Shown piece after piece: positions 1 through 8,156 of a DNA stretch of 32,000 bases; the stretch's first letter is position 1; each line of letters opens with the position of its first letter. The DNA is taken from the NCBI RefSeq assembly GCF_000172995.2, contig NC_014729.1:2370001-2402000 (forward strand), in the 5' to 3' direction. This DNA is from Halogeometricum borinquense DSM 11551. GTDB lineage: Archaea; Halobacteriota; Halobacteria; Halobacteriales; Haloferacaceae. The notes under the pieces were generated by a model. That model had not been told where the DNA came from, ran no database searches, and was given only the letters and a program-made list of their open reading frames with translations. A program made the translations under genes and the position numbers.

Positions 1-42
1 CCTGTAGAAACCGAGACAGCGCGTGAAGATCGAGACCCGGCG

Positions 43-1392
43 TTACTGGGTGATGAGACTCGCGCCGTCGAAGTCGGTCCGAGTGTACTCGACTTCCATC
101 AGGTCGAGGATTGTCGGTGCGATATCGTAGAGGTCTGCATCCTCAATCGTCGCGTTGGGGTCGTCGATGTACAGCGACGCGTTGTCGAAGCTGTGCATCC
201 CGTTTCGTGGGCCCTGTCCGAACACGTCGTCTTTGCCCTTGAAGCCGGACTTGAGGTCGAATCCGTGGTTCGGGACGATGACGAGGTCCGGGGCGATGTC
301 GTCGTGGTTGCCGCGGAACGCATCTTCCTTCTCGACGACGCGGTCTGCGACCTTGCGGCCGTTGGGACCTTCGAGGTTCTCCAGCATCTCCTTCAGTTCG
401 TCACGGCGCTCTTGGTACTCGTCCTGCGGGACGGCACCGCGCGGTTCGCGGCCTTCGAGGTTGATGTAGAAGCGTCCGGGGATGAGCGAGTACGCCAGCG
501 TGTCGTCGGAGATATCCTCAAGTTGTTCGTGGTCGTCGTCCTCGTACGAGAGCCATCCCTCCTGTTCGAGGAGCGTGTTGCAGTGGACTTCGTAGTCGAG
601 AGACGTGAACCCGTGGTCGGCGGCGATGACGAGCGTCACGTCCTCGGGCAGCATCTCCCGAATCTGACCGAGATAGTCGTCTACCTTGCGGTAGAACGCC
701 ATGAACTTCTCTTTGTCCGACGTTTCGTTCTCGTAATCCTTGAACAGGAAGTGGTTGACCCGGTCTGTGGTCATGAACACGCCGAAAAACAGGTCCCAGT
801 CGTCCTGTTGGAGGTAGTGACTGAACGCCTCGAACCGTCTATCGAGGGTCTTGTTGGCGTTCTCGACGAACTCGGTCTTGTCGTCTTTGTGACCGAGTTT
901 CGCGTTCACGTCGATAATGTATCCTGAAGACTCCAAGTGATCGCGGAAGTCGTCGGGATACGCCGCCTTGTCCACGCTGGGCGAGAGAAAGCCCGAAACC
1001 ATCCGCTGGACGTTTCGCTGCGGCGGGAACGTGACGGGGACGTTCATCACGGTTGCCTTCCGCCCGGCGTCGGTGACGCGGTCCCAGATGCGCGTGGCCT
1101 GCACGTCGCGGCCCATCGGGACGTACGTCTCGTACGAACCATTCTCGCGGTCTTGGAAGCCGTACACACCAGTTTCTCCGGGGTTGACACCCGTGGTGAG
1201 GGCGGGCCAACACGCGGAGGACTCGGGGGGAACGATACTTTCGATAGCTCCGGCACTCCCCGTCTCGGCGAGATCAGCCATGTTGGGGAACTCGTCGGGG
1301 TTGTCGGCGAGGAGACTAAAGGGAACGCCGTCGATTCCAATGAAGGCGACACGCGGGTCGTCTTGCCCACGTAGTCGGTCGAACAGACCCAT
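43..1392 (-). CDS. Alkaline-phosphatase superfamily protein (type I phosphodiesterase / nucleotide pyrophosphatase-like)
   Basis: Track ORF 43..1416. Motifs FIGIDGVP, CWPALTTGVNPGETGVYGF, VIAADHGF and NGMHS match the metal-ligand and nucleophile regions of the AlkP/NPP fold. Start moved to ATG at 1392 (MGLFDRL...) because the 8 upstream codons are Arg/Lys-rich. Confidence 0.8.
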   Translation of the reverse strand: MGLFDRLRGQDDPRVAFIGIDGVPFSLLADNPDEFPNMADLAETGSAGAIESIVPPESSACWPALTTGVNPGETGVYGFQDRENGSYETYVPMGRDVQATRIWDRVTDAGRKATVMNVPVTFPPQRNVQRMVSGFLSPSVDKAAYPDDFRDHLESSGYIIDVNAKLGHKDDKTEFVENANKTLDRRFEAFSHYLQQDDWDLFFGVFMTTDRVNHFLFKDYENETSDKEKFMAFYRKVDDYLGQIREMLPEDVTLVIAADHGFTSLDYEVHCNTLLEQEGWLSYEDDDHEQLEDISDDTLAYSLIPGRFYINLEGREPRGAVPQDEYQERRDELKEMLENLEGPNGRKVADRVVEKEDAFRGNHDDIAPDLVIVPNHGFDLKSGFKGKDDVFGQGPRNGMHSFDNASLYIDDPNATIEDADLYDIAPTILDLMEVEYTRTDFDGASLITQ

Positions 1393-1529
1393 ATGCTTCC
1401 TTCCGCGGAGACGCATAAGAACCTTCTTCTACTTCCGAACTCCTGCCGGTGATTACGACACGAAGGAGAGAGCCAACCTTCGGGGGCGAAGGAGCGAAGT
1501 GTCGTCCGGTCGTACGCTTACGAAGAGCC

Positions 1530-1973
1530 GTGAAGGAGTTCGAGCGAAAGCAGTTGTTGGAGCGCGTCAATCGCGAGGGGGCAACCATTGGTGTCGATAT
1601 CCCTGACCGAATCGACGTGCAGGGCGAGGAGGTGGAACTGCGCGATTTCGTTTTCGAGATCAAGCGCCGCGACACCGTTCCGGAGGGTGAGAAAGACCGC
1701 GTCGAGCAGGCGAAAAAGAACCTCCGACGCGAACGTCTCCAGCGACTCCAGCAAATAGAGGACAACGAGGTGAGTTACGAGGAGGGCCAACGGTTAGTCG
1801 AAAGTATCGTCGGCATCGACCGGGCGTTGAACGCACTCGAACAACTACGCCCCGCGAACCTCGAACAGGAGTCTCAGTTACAGGAGGCCCAAGACCGGAA
1901 ACGGTGGATGAACTTCCTGAAGCAGGCGCTGGGCCGCGAGAAAAGCAGTCGGTCCAGCCGCGGGGGGCGGTGA
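1530..1973 (+). CDS. Conserved hypothetical protein, highly charged, probable coiled coil; first gene of the polX operon
   Basis: Track ORF 1449..1973. The first 27 codons are Arg-rich and unlike the rest. An in-frame GTG at 1530 gives MKEFERKQLLERVNREGATIGV... Stop TGA 1971-1973 overlaps the polX ATG at 1973 (TGATG). Start is uncertain. Confidence 0.55.
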   Translation: MKEFERKQLLERVNREGATIGVDIPDRIDVQGEEVELRDFVFEIKRRDTVPEGEKDRVEQAKKNLRRERLQRLQQIEDNEVSYEEGQRLVESIVGIDRALNALEQLRPANLEQESQLQEAQDRKRWMNFLKQALGREKSSRSSRGGR

Positions 1974-3721
1974 TGAGCCGAAACGACGAGGTGGCGTCGC
2001 TGTTCGAGGAGTTCGCTGATCTCCTCGATGCCAAAGACGTTTCCTACAAACCGAACACGTATCGCCGCGCCGCCGAGAACATCCGCGAGTATCCCCACCC
2101 TATCGAAGAACTCGCCGCCGACGGAGCGGACGCCGTCGGAGAGATACAGGGCGTCGGCGATGCTATCTCCGCGAAGATTATCGAGTACTTCGAGACGGGG
2201 GAAATCGAGGAACTGGAAGCGCTTCGTGCGGAACTTCCAGTCGAGATGGCGACGCTCACCAGCGTCGAAGGTGTCGGACCGAAGACCGTGGGGAAACTAT
2301 ACGACGCACTCGGGATTACCACGCTGGACGAACTCGAACGGGCGGCCGAGGAAGAGCAGATACGCGAGGTGAAGGGGTTCGGTCCGAAAACCGAGGCGAA
2401 CATCCGCGAAAATATCCCGTTCGCTCGCGAGGCACAGAAACGAGAACGACTCGGGAACGCACGTCCCCTCGCCGACGACGTACTCGCGTATCTCCGCGAG
2501 GCCGATACCGTCCAGGCGGCCGAAGTGGCGGGGTCGATTCGGCGATGGCGCGACACCATCGGCGACGTGGACGTTCTCGTGGCCGCCGAATCCGGCGACT
2601 CCGTCGTCGAGGCGTTCACCGACTGGCCCGCCGCGAACACGGTTATCGAGGCGGGTCCCTCGAAAGCCAGCGTTCGGTCGAGCGGTATTCGCGTGGACCT
2701 GCGTGTCGTCGTCCCCGAGGAGTTCGGCGCGGCCCTCCAGTATTTCACCGGGAGTAAGGACCACAACGTCGCGCTTCGGAACATCGCCATCGAGAAGGGT
2801 CTGAAGATGAACGAGTACGGCGTCTTCGACGTGTCCGACGTCGAGGACCCGGAGACCGACCAACGCGCGGGCGAGAAAATCGCAGGTGAGACGGAGGCGT
2901 CGATGTACGAGGCTCTCGGTCTGCCATTCATCCCGCCGGAACTCCGCGAAAACACCGGCGAAGTCGAGGCCGCGCAAGCGGGGACACTCCCCGAAGTGGT
3001 CGAAATGGGCGACGTACGCGGCGACTTACACACGCACTCTGACTGGTCCGACGGTCGCTACTCCATCTCGGAGATGGTCGCCGCCGCCGAAGAACGCGGC
3101 TACGACTACTACGCGGTGACCGACCACGCAACCGGGCCGGGAATGGTCGGCGGCGTCGGCTTAGACGACGACGAACTCCGTGACCAGATGGATGCTGTCG
3201 CCGACATCGCCGCAGAGACCGACCTCGAACTCCTCCACGGCGTTGAGGCGAACATCGACGCCGAGGGTGGCATCTCCGTCGGCGACGACGTGCTCGCAGA
3301 CCTCGATGTCGTCGTCGCTTCGCCGCACGCGGCACTCGGACAAGACCGCGAGACCGCGACCGACCGACTCGTCGCGGCAGTCGAACATCCCGCCGTCGAT
3401 ATTCTCGGCCATCCGACCGGTCGCCTCATCAACGAGCGACCGGGTCTCGAACTCGACATCGAACGTATCGCGGAGACCGCGGCCGGGAACGGCACGGCAC
3501 TGGAAATCAACGCCGACCCTGCCCGACTCGACCTGCACGGCGAACTCGTGCACGTCGCCCGAGAAGCGGGCGCGACCATCGTCACCAACACCGACGCACA
3601 CGCCCCCGGCGCACTCGACTACATCCGATACGGCGTTCACACGGCCCGTCGCGGATGGTGCGAGGCCGACGACCTGTTGAACGCGTGGCGCGTCGAAGAC
3701 CTCCGTTCGTTCCTTCACTGA
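1973..3721 (+). CDS. polX: Family X DNA polymerase with C-terminal PHP (histidinol-phosphatase-type) domain
   Basis: Internal ATG of track ORF 1904..3721 (MSRNDEVASLFEEFADLL...). Contains repeated HhH motifs (GVGDAISAKI, GVGPKTVGKL, GFGPKTEANI) and a pol-beta nucleotidyltransferase core (GSIRRWRDTIGDVDVLV). PHP motifs are DLHTHSDWSDG, AVTDH and NTDAH. Confidence 0.9.
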   Translation: MSRNDEVASLFEEFADLLDAKDVSYKPNTYRRAAENIREYPHPIEELAADGADAVGEIQGVGDAISAKIIEYFETGEIEELEALRAELPVEMATLTSVEGVGPKTVGKLYDALGITTLDELERAAEEEQIREVKGFGPKTEANIRENIPFAREAQKRERLGNARPLADDVLAYLREADTVQAAEVAGSIRRWRDTIGDVDVLVAAESGDSVVEAFTDWPAANTVIEAGPSKASVRSSGIRVDLRVVVPEEFGAALQYFTGSKDHNVALRNIAIEKGLKMNEYGVFDVSDVEDPETDQRAGEKIAGETEASMYEALGLPFIPPELRENTGEVEAAQAGTLPEVVEMGDVRGDLHTHSDWSDGRYSISEMVAAAEERGYDYYAVTDHATGPGMVGGVGLDDDELRDQMDAVADIAAETDLELLHGVEANIDAEGGISVGDDVLADLDVVVASPHAALGQDRETATDRLVAAVEHPAVDILGHPTGRLINERPGLELDIERIAETAAGNGTALEINADPARLDLHGELVHVAREAGATIVTNTDAHAPGALDYIRYGVHTARRGWCEADDLLNAWRVEDLRSFLH

Positions 3722-4254
3722 TGACCGACCGTCCCGAGTCCGACGACGAACGCGAACGGTTGCTGTTGGATGCGATGCTCGGGAAGTTGACGACGTACCT
3801 TCGAATGTGCGGCTACGATGCGGCGTACGCCCTTGACGACGGACCGGACCCCGGCGACGACGCGCTTCTCGAACGAGCACGCGAGGAGAACCGGACGCTC
3901 GTCACACGCGACGAACGACTCGCCAGGCGCGCGCCAGATGGAGTTCTCGTCACGACGCGGGCGATAACCGATCAACTCCGCGAATTCTCATCGGCGGGGT
4001 ACGCTGTCGAACTACGCGGAGGGCCGGTGCGATGTAGCACGTGCAACGGGCAGGTAGAACGCGTCGGGACGGACGAGCCAGTTCCGGAGTACGCACCGGA
4101 CCCCGGCGAACAGCCACTGTGGCGGTGTCTGGACTGCGGACAGGTGTACTGGAAGGGAAGTCACTGGGACGACGTGGCGAAGCGAATCGACGCCAAAGAG
4201 AATGAGCGCGACGGAGACGAGCAACAGCGCGACGGCGGAGACGAAACACGGTAG
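3721..4254 (+). CDS. Mut7-C (PIN-like) RNase domain protein with C-terminal zinc ribbon
   Basis: Internal ATG 3721 of track ORF 3655..4254, overlapping the polX stop (TGATG). LLLDAMLGKLTTYLRMCGYDA...TLVTRD is the Mut7-C/DUF82 signature. The zinc ribbon is CSTCNG...WRCLDCGQVYWKGSHW. Confidence 0.8.
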   Translation: MTDRPESDDERERLLLDAMLGKLTTYLRMCGYDAAYALDDGPDPGDDALLERAREENRTLVTRDERLARRAPDGVLVTTRAITDQLREFSSAGYAVELRGGPVRCSTCNGQVERVGTDEPVPEYAPDPGEQPLWRCLDCGQVYWKGSHWDDVAKRIDAKENERDGDEQQRDGGDETR

Positions 4255-4278
4255 GAATCGAAGCAACGGATCAACGAG

Positions 4279-5244
4279 TCAGCGCTTGCTGGCCCACTCG
4301 TCGCAGGGGTCCATATCGTCCATGAGTTCCTCGTGGTAGCCGCAGTAGGGCTGGATGCCGTCGTCCGTCCGAACGTAGTCGAAGTGCGCGCAGTTTCCAC
4401 AGTAGGTGTCTCCGGCGGTCTGATCCGACGACCCGCGTTCGGACTGAGAACGCGAGCCTCGTGATTGGGACTGTGATTGCGGGCTGGACGACGACTGTGA
4501 CTGCGGACCGGACGGCGACTGTGGACTGCGTGACCGGGATTGCGACTGGGTACCCGTCCCTTGCGGCGACGTGATGGACGCCGCATCAGTGCCGCCGTCG
4601 GAGACAGTGCCACTTTGCCCTGTCTGAGATTGACGGGCCGTCTGCGTCTCGGTATCTCCGTCAGGCGTGCCGCCGAGGAAGCCGATACCGCCGAGTCCGC
4701 CGCGCGAACGATCCCGTTCGACTTCGACGTAGCGCGTCTCGCCTTTCTTCGTCACTTCCACGGTTGCGGTGCCACCGGGTGCGTTCCGCGTTTTGAAGTT
4801 GGCGACGCCGACAAACAGACACCAGAAGGTGGTCAGCGTGCCGAGGAAGTAGACGCTCACGGTGAGCAGTGTCAGGTCGGGGCGGCCCCGCCTGCACAGC
4901 GACCCAGACCACTGGCAGGGGTAGGCGTGCCAGAACAGAGCGACGCCAGCCAGTGCGATTCCCGCACCGACGATGGCGGCCGCTTTCGTCAGTCGGCCAG
5001 ACGGTGTGACGGTGAAAATACCGAGGAACACCAGCGGAACACCGACGCCCGCGAGGATGCCGCCGAGTTCGCGCACGTCACCGAGCGACATCCCATCGCC
5101 GCGGAGGACGCTCGTCGTAGCGACGACGATGCCCGCAACGACGAGAAGGACACCGAGCAGGAACATCCCGAGTCCGAGCAACAGTCGCTGGAGGCCCGGC
5201 CCGGCGCGCTCTCCTTTGTGATACGCCTCCGAGAGACTGGTCAT
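4279..5244 (-). CDS. Integral membrane protein (about 4 TM) with Ser/Gln-rich linker and Cys-rich C-terminal module
   Basis: Track ORF 4279..5271, start moved to ATG 5244 (MTSLSEAYHKGE...). Has four hydrophobic segments, a long (SQ/SP)n low-complexity stretch and a C-terminal YCGNCAHFDY...PYCGYHEELMDDMDPCDEW motif. I do not recognise the family. Confidence 0.7.
   Translation of the reverse strand: MTSLSEAYHKGERAGPGLQRLLLGLGMFLLGVLLVVAGIVVATTSVLRGDGMSLGDVRELGGILAGVGVPLVFLGIFTVTPSGRLTKAAAIVGAGIALAGVALFWHAYPCQWSGSLCRRGRPDLTLLTVSVYFLGTLTTFWCLFVGVANFKTRNAPGGTATVEVTKKGETRYVEVERDRSRGGLGGIGFLGGTPDGDTETQTARQSQTGQSGTVSDGGTDAASITSPQGTGTQSQSRSRSPQSPSGPQSQSSSSPQSQSQSRGSRSQSERGSSDQTAGDTYCGNCAHFDYVRTDDGIQPYCGYHEELMDDMDPCDEWASKR
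4435..4560 (-). repeat. Imperfect 6/12-nt coding microsatellite (GACTGTGAYTGCGG-like on the + strand) encoding the (SQ)n linker
   Basis: Direct reading shows gactgtgattgcgg / gactgtgactgcgg / gactgtggactgcg / gattgcgactggg. It translates on the minus strand to QSQSRSRSPQSPSGPQSQSSSSPQSQSQSRGSRSQS. Confidence 0.8.
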
Positions 5245-5398
5245 GCACCGTGGTTGTTCTTCATCACACAAAACGATGCGTCAGACGCATGTGCGACAGC
5301 ATATACCATATACCATTGACAATTACCCGTTCATCGGGACGATAGCGCTCTGCAAACGTGTCGAAGGGATTATTGCCGCCGATAGCAAAGCGCACGAT

Positions 5399-5680
5399 AT
5401 GGCAGACGAGGACGAAAACGAGGGACCCGTCGTGGAACTCGGCGAGGAGACGCCTGTTGAGGGCCAACCGCTCGCTCGGGTCGCGTCGCGGTTGACGTGG
5501 CCGCACGAGAAACCCCGCATCCTCGAACAGGAGGGAGACAGTGTCATCCGAACGGCGTCCGGTCCGCAGACGCTCTCGGACGTACTCGAACAGGTAGACG
5601 ATTCCTACTTCGACACTCGGCAGACGTTCATCGATGCGGTCGAATCCGCCATCGACACCGCCCCTGTCGAGACGAAGTAG
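5399..5680 (+). CDS. Small acidic conserved hypothetical protein (93 aa)
   Basis: Internal ATG 5399 of track ORF 5243..5680 (MADEDENEGPVVELGEE...). It has an acidic, haloarchaeal-type composition and high third-position GC. The upstream part of the track ORF lies in an AT-rich divergent promoter region. Confidence 0.55.
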   Translation: MADEDENEGPVVELGEETPVEGQPLARVASRLTWPHEKPRILEQEGDSVIRTASGPQTLSDVLEQVDDSYFDTRQTFIDAVESAIDTAPVETK

Positions 5681-5702
5681 TCGCGCCGCAGGACGGTCTC
5701 TT

Positions 5703-6392
5703 GTGTCCGGTTACTCACGACTTCGCAGTACGGTCGGTCGCCTCTCGTGGTTGCAGAAGTCGCTACTGTTAGGTCTGTTTTTGACCGTTCTTTGGATGAC
5801 GTGGACCGTTCCGCCGAGGAACCTCACCTACCGCGCGTTCCGGGACGCCGTCGTCTTCATCGTCTTTCCGGCGGTGCTTGCAATCACCCATGGCCGCAAC
5901 CTCGGGTGGCAAGTAAACCGGCGCGCGCTTCGCAACACACTCATCGTTTCGGCAATCGTCCTCCCGTTCTACGTCGTCGGGTCGTCGCTCCCGAGTATCA
6001 GGACGTACTATCCGATGTGGCAGACCAGTCCGGCACTCGTAGAGTTTCTCCCGCACACCCTCCAGCAGTTGGTCGTCGTCATCGCCGCCGAAACGTACTA
6101 CCGCGGTCTCCTCTGTGTCGGCGTGAGCGAGGAGTTCGGCTTCAAGAGCGTCTTCATCAGCCCCGTCGTCTACGCGCTCCATCACGTGGGGAAACCACCG
6201 ATAGAACTCGTCCTTTCGGGACCCACGGACGTGTTGTTCGGCGCGGTTGACTACGACAGTAATTCTATTCTCCCGTCGATTGTCGCACACGGCCTCGGCC
6301 TCGGACTCTTGGACTGGTTAGTCATGCACGACCCACTCATCCCCACCGAAACAGTTCTGGGATGGCTTCGTTGGCTTCCGATTACACTCTGA
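5703..6392 (+). CDS. CPBP family (CAAX-type) intramembrane glutamic metalloprotease
   Basis: Track ORF 5634..6392. It is multi-TM, with AAETYYRGLL (EExxxR-like motif 1), FISPVVYALHH (motif 2) and SIVAHGLGL (motif 3). Start set to GTG 5703 to avoid overlap with the previous gene. Start is uncertain. Confidence 0.7.
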   Translation: MSGYSRLRSTVGRLSWLQKSLLLGLFLTVLWMTWTVPPRNLTYRAFRDAVVFIVFPAVLAITHGRNLGWQVNRRALRNTLIVSAIVLPFYVVGSSLPSIRTYYPMWQTSPALVEFLPHTLQQLVVVIAAETYYRGLLCVGVSEEFGFKSVFISPVVYALHHVGKPPIELVLSGPTDVLFGAVDYDSNSILPSIVAHGLGLGLLDWLVMHDPLIPTETVLGWLRWLPITL

Positions 6393-6464
6393 GACACTGA
6401 GTGGTTGTGTGTGATCTGGGCACATCCATAGCTTTTCCCGCGCGGGGAGCGAAGCGGTCCAGTG

Positions 6465-6917
6465 ATGACACTTCCCATCGACCCGACAGCACTCTCCGAA
6501 TCGGACATCGGTGAAAAACGTGCGACGCTCCACATGGATCACGAATCGGCCATCGAACACGTCCGCGAAGTATTCACTGACGCCGGATTCGGCGTCCCAG
6601 TCGAGTTTTCCCCGTCAGAACTGCTCAACGAGAAAGTAGACGCCGACAGAGATCCCTACTACGTGCTCGGCGCATGCAATCCGAGTATGGCCGATAGAGC
6701 CCTCGATGCCTCCGAGAAGAAGATGGGTGGGCTGTTCCCGTGTAATGTCATCATCTGGGAAGAAGAACCCGGCGTCCAGACGGTGTATCACGTGAGTATC
6801 ATGCGAATCGGGCGACTCGTCGGGATGGCGCCCGACGACGAGACGATGGCTGAAATCGTGGCCGACACGGGCGAACTCGTAGACGAAGCGTTCTCGAACC
6901 TCGACACCGAGGCGTGA
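6465..6917 (+). CDS. DUF302 domain protein
   Basis: Track ORF 6462..6917 (GTG 6462 followed by ATG 6465). Core GFGVPVEF...YYVLGACNP..A..AL.....G.LFPCNVIIWEE is the DUF302 pattern as I recall it. Confidence 0.75.
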   Translation: MTLPIDPTALSESDIGEKRATLHMDHESAIEHVREVFTDAGFGVPVEFSPSELLNEKVDADRDPYYVLGACNPSMADRALDASEKKMGGLFPCNVIIWEEEPGVQTVYHVSIMRIGRLVGMAPDDETMAEIVADTGELVDEAFSNLDTEA

Positions 6918-6927
6918 GTCCGCCGAA

Positions 6928-6954
6928 GAGAGTGGTTGACGTTCGACCACTCTC
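6928..6954 (+). terminator. Perfect 9-bp stem / 9-nt loop hairpin just after the DUF302 stop
   Basis: GAGAGTGGT-tgacgttcg-ACCACTCTC starts 11 nt after stop TGA 6915-6917. No T-run follows it, so terminator function is only inferred. Confidence 0.35.
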
Positions 6955-7026
6955 ACACCCAGACACGCCACGAACTGGCAGCGGTAACTAGTTAAGTGTT
7001 TTACATCAAAGGAGGAGTATCGTTCG

Positions 7027-7683
7027 ATGAGTCTTACCGTCGTGATCCGTCTCCCGTCGTCGGCGTTCGAGTTAGGACGGGCGCTGAGCGTACAGACAGG
7101 AGAACGGATCGAACTGGAAACGATGGTTCCACTCGGAGCAGCGGCGATCCCGTTCTTCTGGCTGTATCACTCCGGTGAGAACGCGTTCGTATCGGCGGCG
7201 AACGACCACCCGTCCGTTCGAAACATTGCCACAGTAGACACATTCGACGACCGCACGCTCTTTGCACTTGATTGGGACCCCGAGGCGGACGGCCTTTTCG
7301 ACACCATCGTGGACTGTCGCGGGCGCGTGCTGGATGCAACGGGAGCGCACGACGAGTGGCGGCTCGAACTGCGATTCCCCAGTCACGACGAACTCTCGGC
7401 GTTTCGCTCAGCGTGTCAAGACGAGCAGTATCCGCTCACCGTCGAGCGCGTTTCCCGAGCGGACGGATCAACCGCGAAAACGAAGTTCGGCTTGACTGCC
7501 ATTCAGCGCGAGACGCTGCTCGTCGCTGTCGAAGCGGGGTACTACGATATCCCCCGACGCTGTACGACCGTCGAACTGGCCGAGATGCTCGACATCTCAG
7601 ACCAAGCGGTGACAGAGCGTCTCCGCCGTGCTATCGTCTCGCTCGTCTCGAACACGCTCGTCACTGCGCGGGAGAACACGTAA
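7027..7683 (+). CDS. Bat-type (bacterio-opsin activator-like) HTH_10 transcriptional regulator
   Basis: C-terminal LTAIQRETLLVAVEAGYYDIPRRCTTVELAEMLDISDQAVTERLRRA is the HTH_10 signature. The N-terminal part resembles the associated sensor-like domain. Confidence 0.8.
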   Translation: MSLTVVIRLPSSAFELGRALSVQTGERIELETMVPLGAAAIPFFWLYHSGENAFVSAANDHPSVRNIATVDTFDDRTLFALDWDPEADGLFDTIVDCRGRVLDATGAHDEWRLELRFPSHDELSAFRSACQDEQYPLTVERVSRADGSTAKTKFGLTAIQRETLLVAVEAGYYDIPRRCTTVELAEMLDISDQAVTERLRRAIVSLVSNTLVTARENT

Positions 7684-7721
7684 GAAACCGTGCTGACAGC
7701 CGATTCGTCGTGACAGTGCAA

Positions 7722-8057
7722 TCAGTCGTCAAAAACGATGTCGAGAATTCGTTCGACGCTCTCCATCTCGTCAGTAAGCCGGACGCTTTCTTCGTCACTC
7801 GAGGCGTACTCGACTAAATCGGCGTCGATCAGTTTTGGGATATGAACGTGATGAAACGAGAACAGGATCCGGTTTCGCTGTTCGTCTGTGAGTTCCTCCC
7901 GCGGAACGTCCAACTCGCGGACGCCGACCTCGGTTGCGAGTTCGTCCAGCGTGGTTGGCTCGTCGCGTTCTCTCAACACCGAGAGAACGACGAGACGGCG
8001 GCGTTGCGACAGTAATCTGAATTGCTCGCTATTCCCATCCATTCCAGATAGATTCAC
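7722..8057 (-). CDS. Small winged-helix (ArsR-like) haloarchaeal regulator
   Basis: 111 aa. FRLLSQRRRLVVLSVL...TLDELATEV followed by LFSFHHVHIPKLIDADLVEY matches the conserved H.HLPKL..(A/G).V motif of this haloarchaeal wHTH family. Confidence 0.7.
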   Translation of the reverse strand: MNLSGMDGNSEQFRLLSQRRRLVVLSVLRERDEPTTLDELATEVGVRELDVPREELTDEQRNRILFSFHHVHIPKLIDADLVEYASSDEESVRLTDEMESVERILDIVFDD

Positions 8058-8099
8058 GAAACGGTATCGTATAGGGACGTACCATGGTACACCAACGTC

Positions 8100-8109
8100 A
8101 TTATAAATA
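8100..8109 (-). promoter_or_regulatory. TATA-box candidate (minus strand TTTATAA) for the wHTH gene, followed by palindrome GTACCATGGTAC (8079-8090)
   Basis: This AT-rich octamer lies about 45 nt upstream of ATG 8057. The 12-bp perfect palindrome sits between it and the expected transcription start. Confidence 0.35.
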
Positions 8110-8156
8110 CGTGCAGATCGGGAGCGCTACGACGGCGCGGTGACAAACGAGTCTCG

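Noticed and set aside
1449-1529. N-terminal extensions of track ORFs (here and at 1904, 3655, 5243, 12658, 17724, 18605, 19128, 26657, 27898, 27909)
   Set aside because: The track uses the first ATG/GTG/TTG after a stop codon. The extensions are Arg-rich and overlap upstream genes or promoters. Internal starts give conserved-looking N-termini and compact operon junctions.
193-3033. Multiple 100-330-aa ORFs antisense to or out of frame with the phosphodiesterase and polX genes (e.g. 193..927 +, 2044..3033 -, 2297..2977 -)
   Set aside because: All overlap stronger, motif-bearing genes. Their Arg/Ser/Pro-rich compositions are characteristic of off-frame translation of GC-rich DNA.
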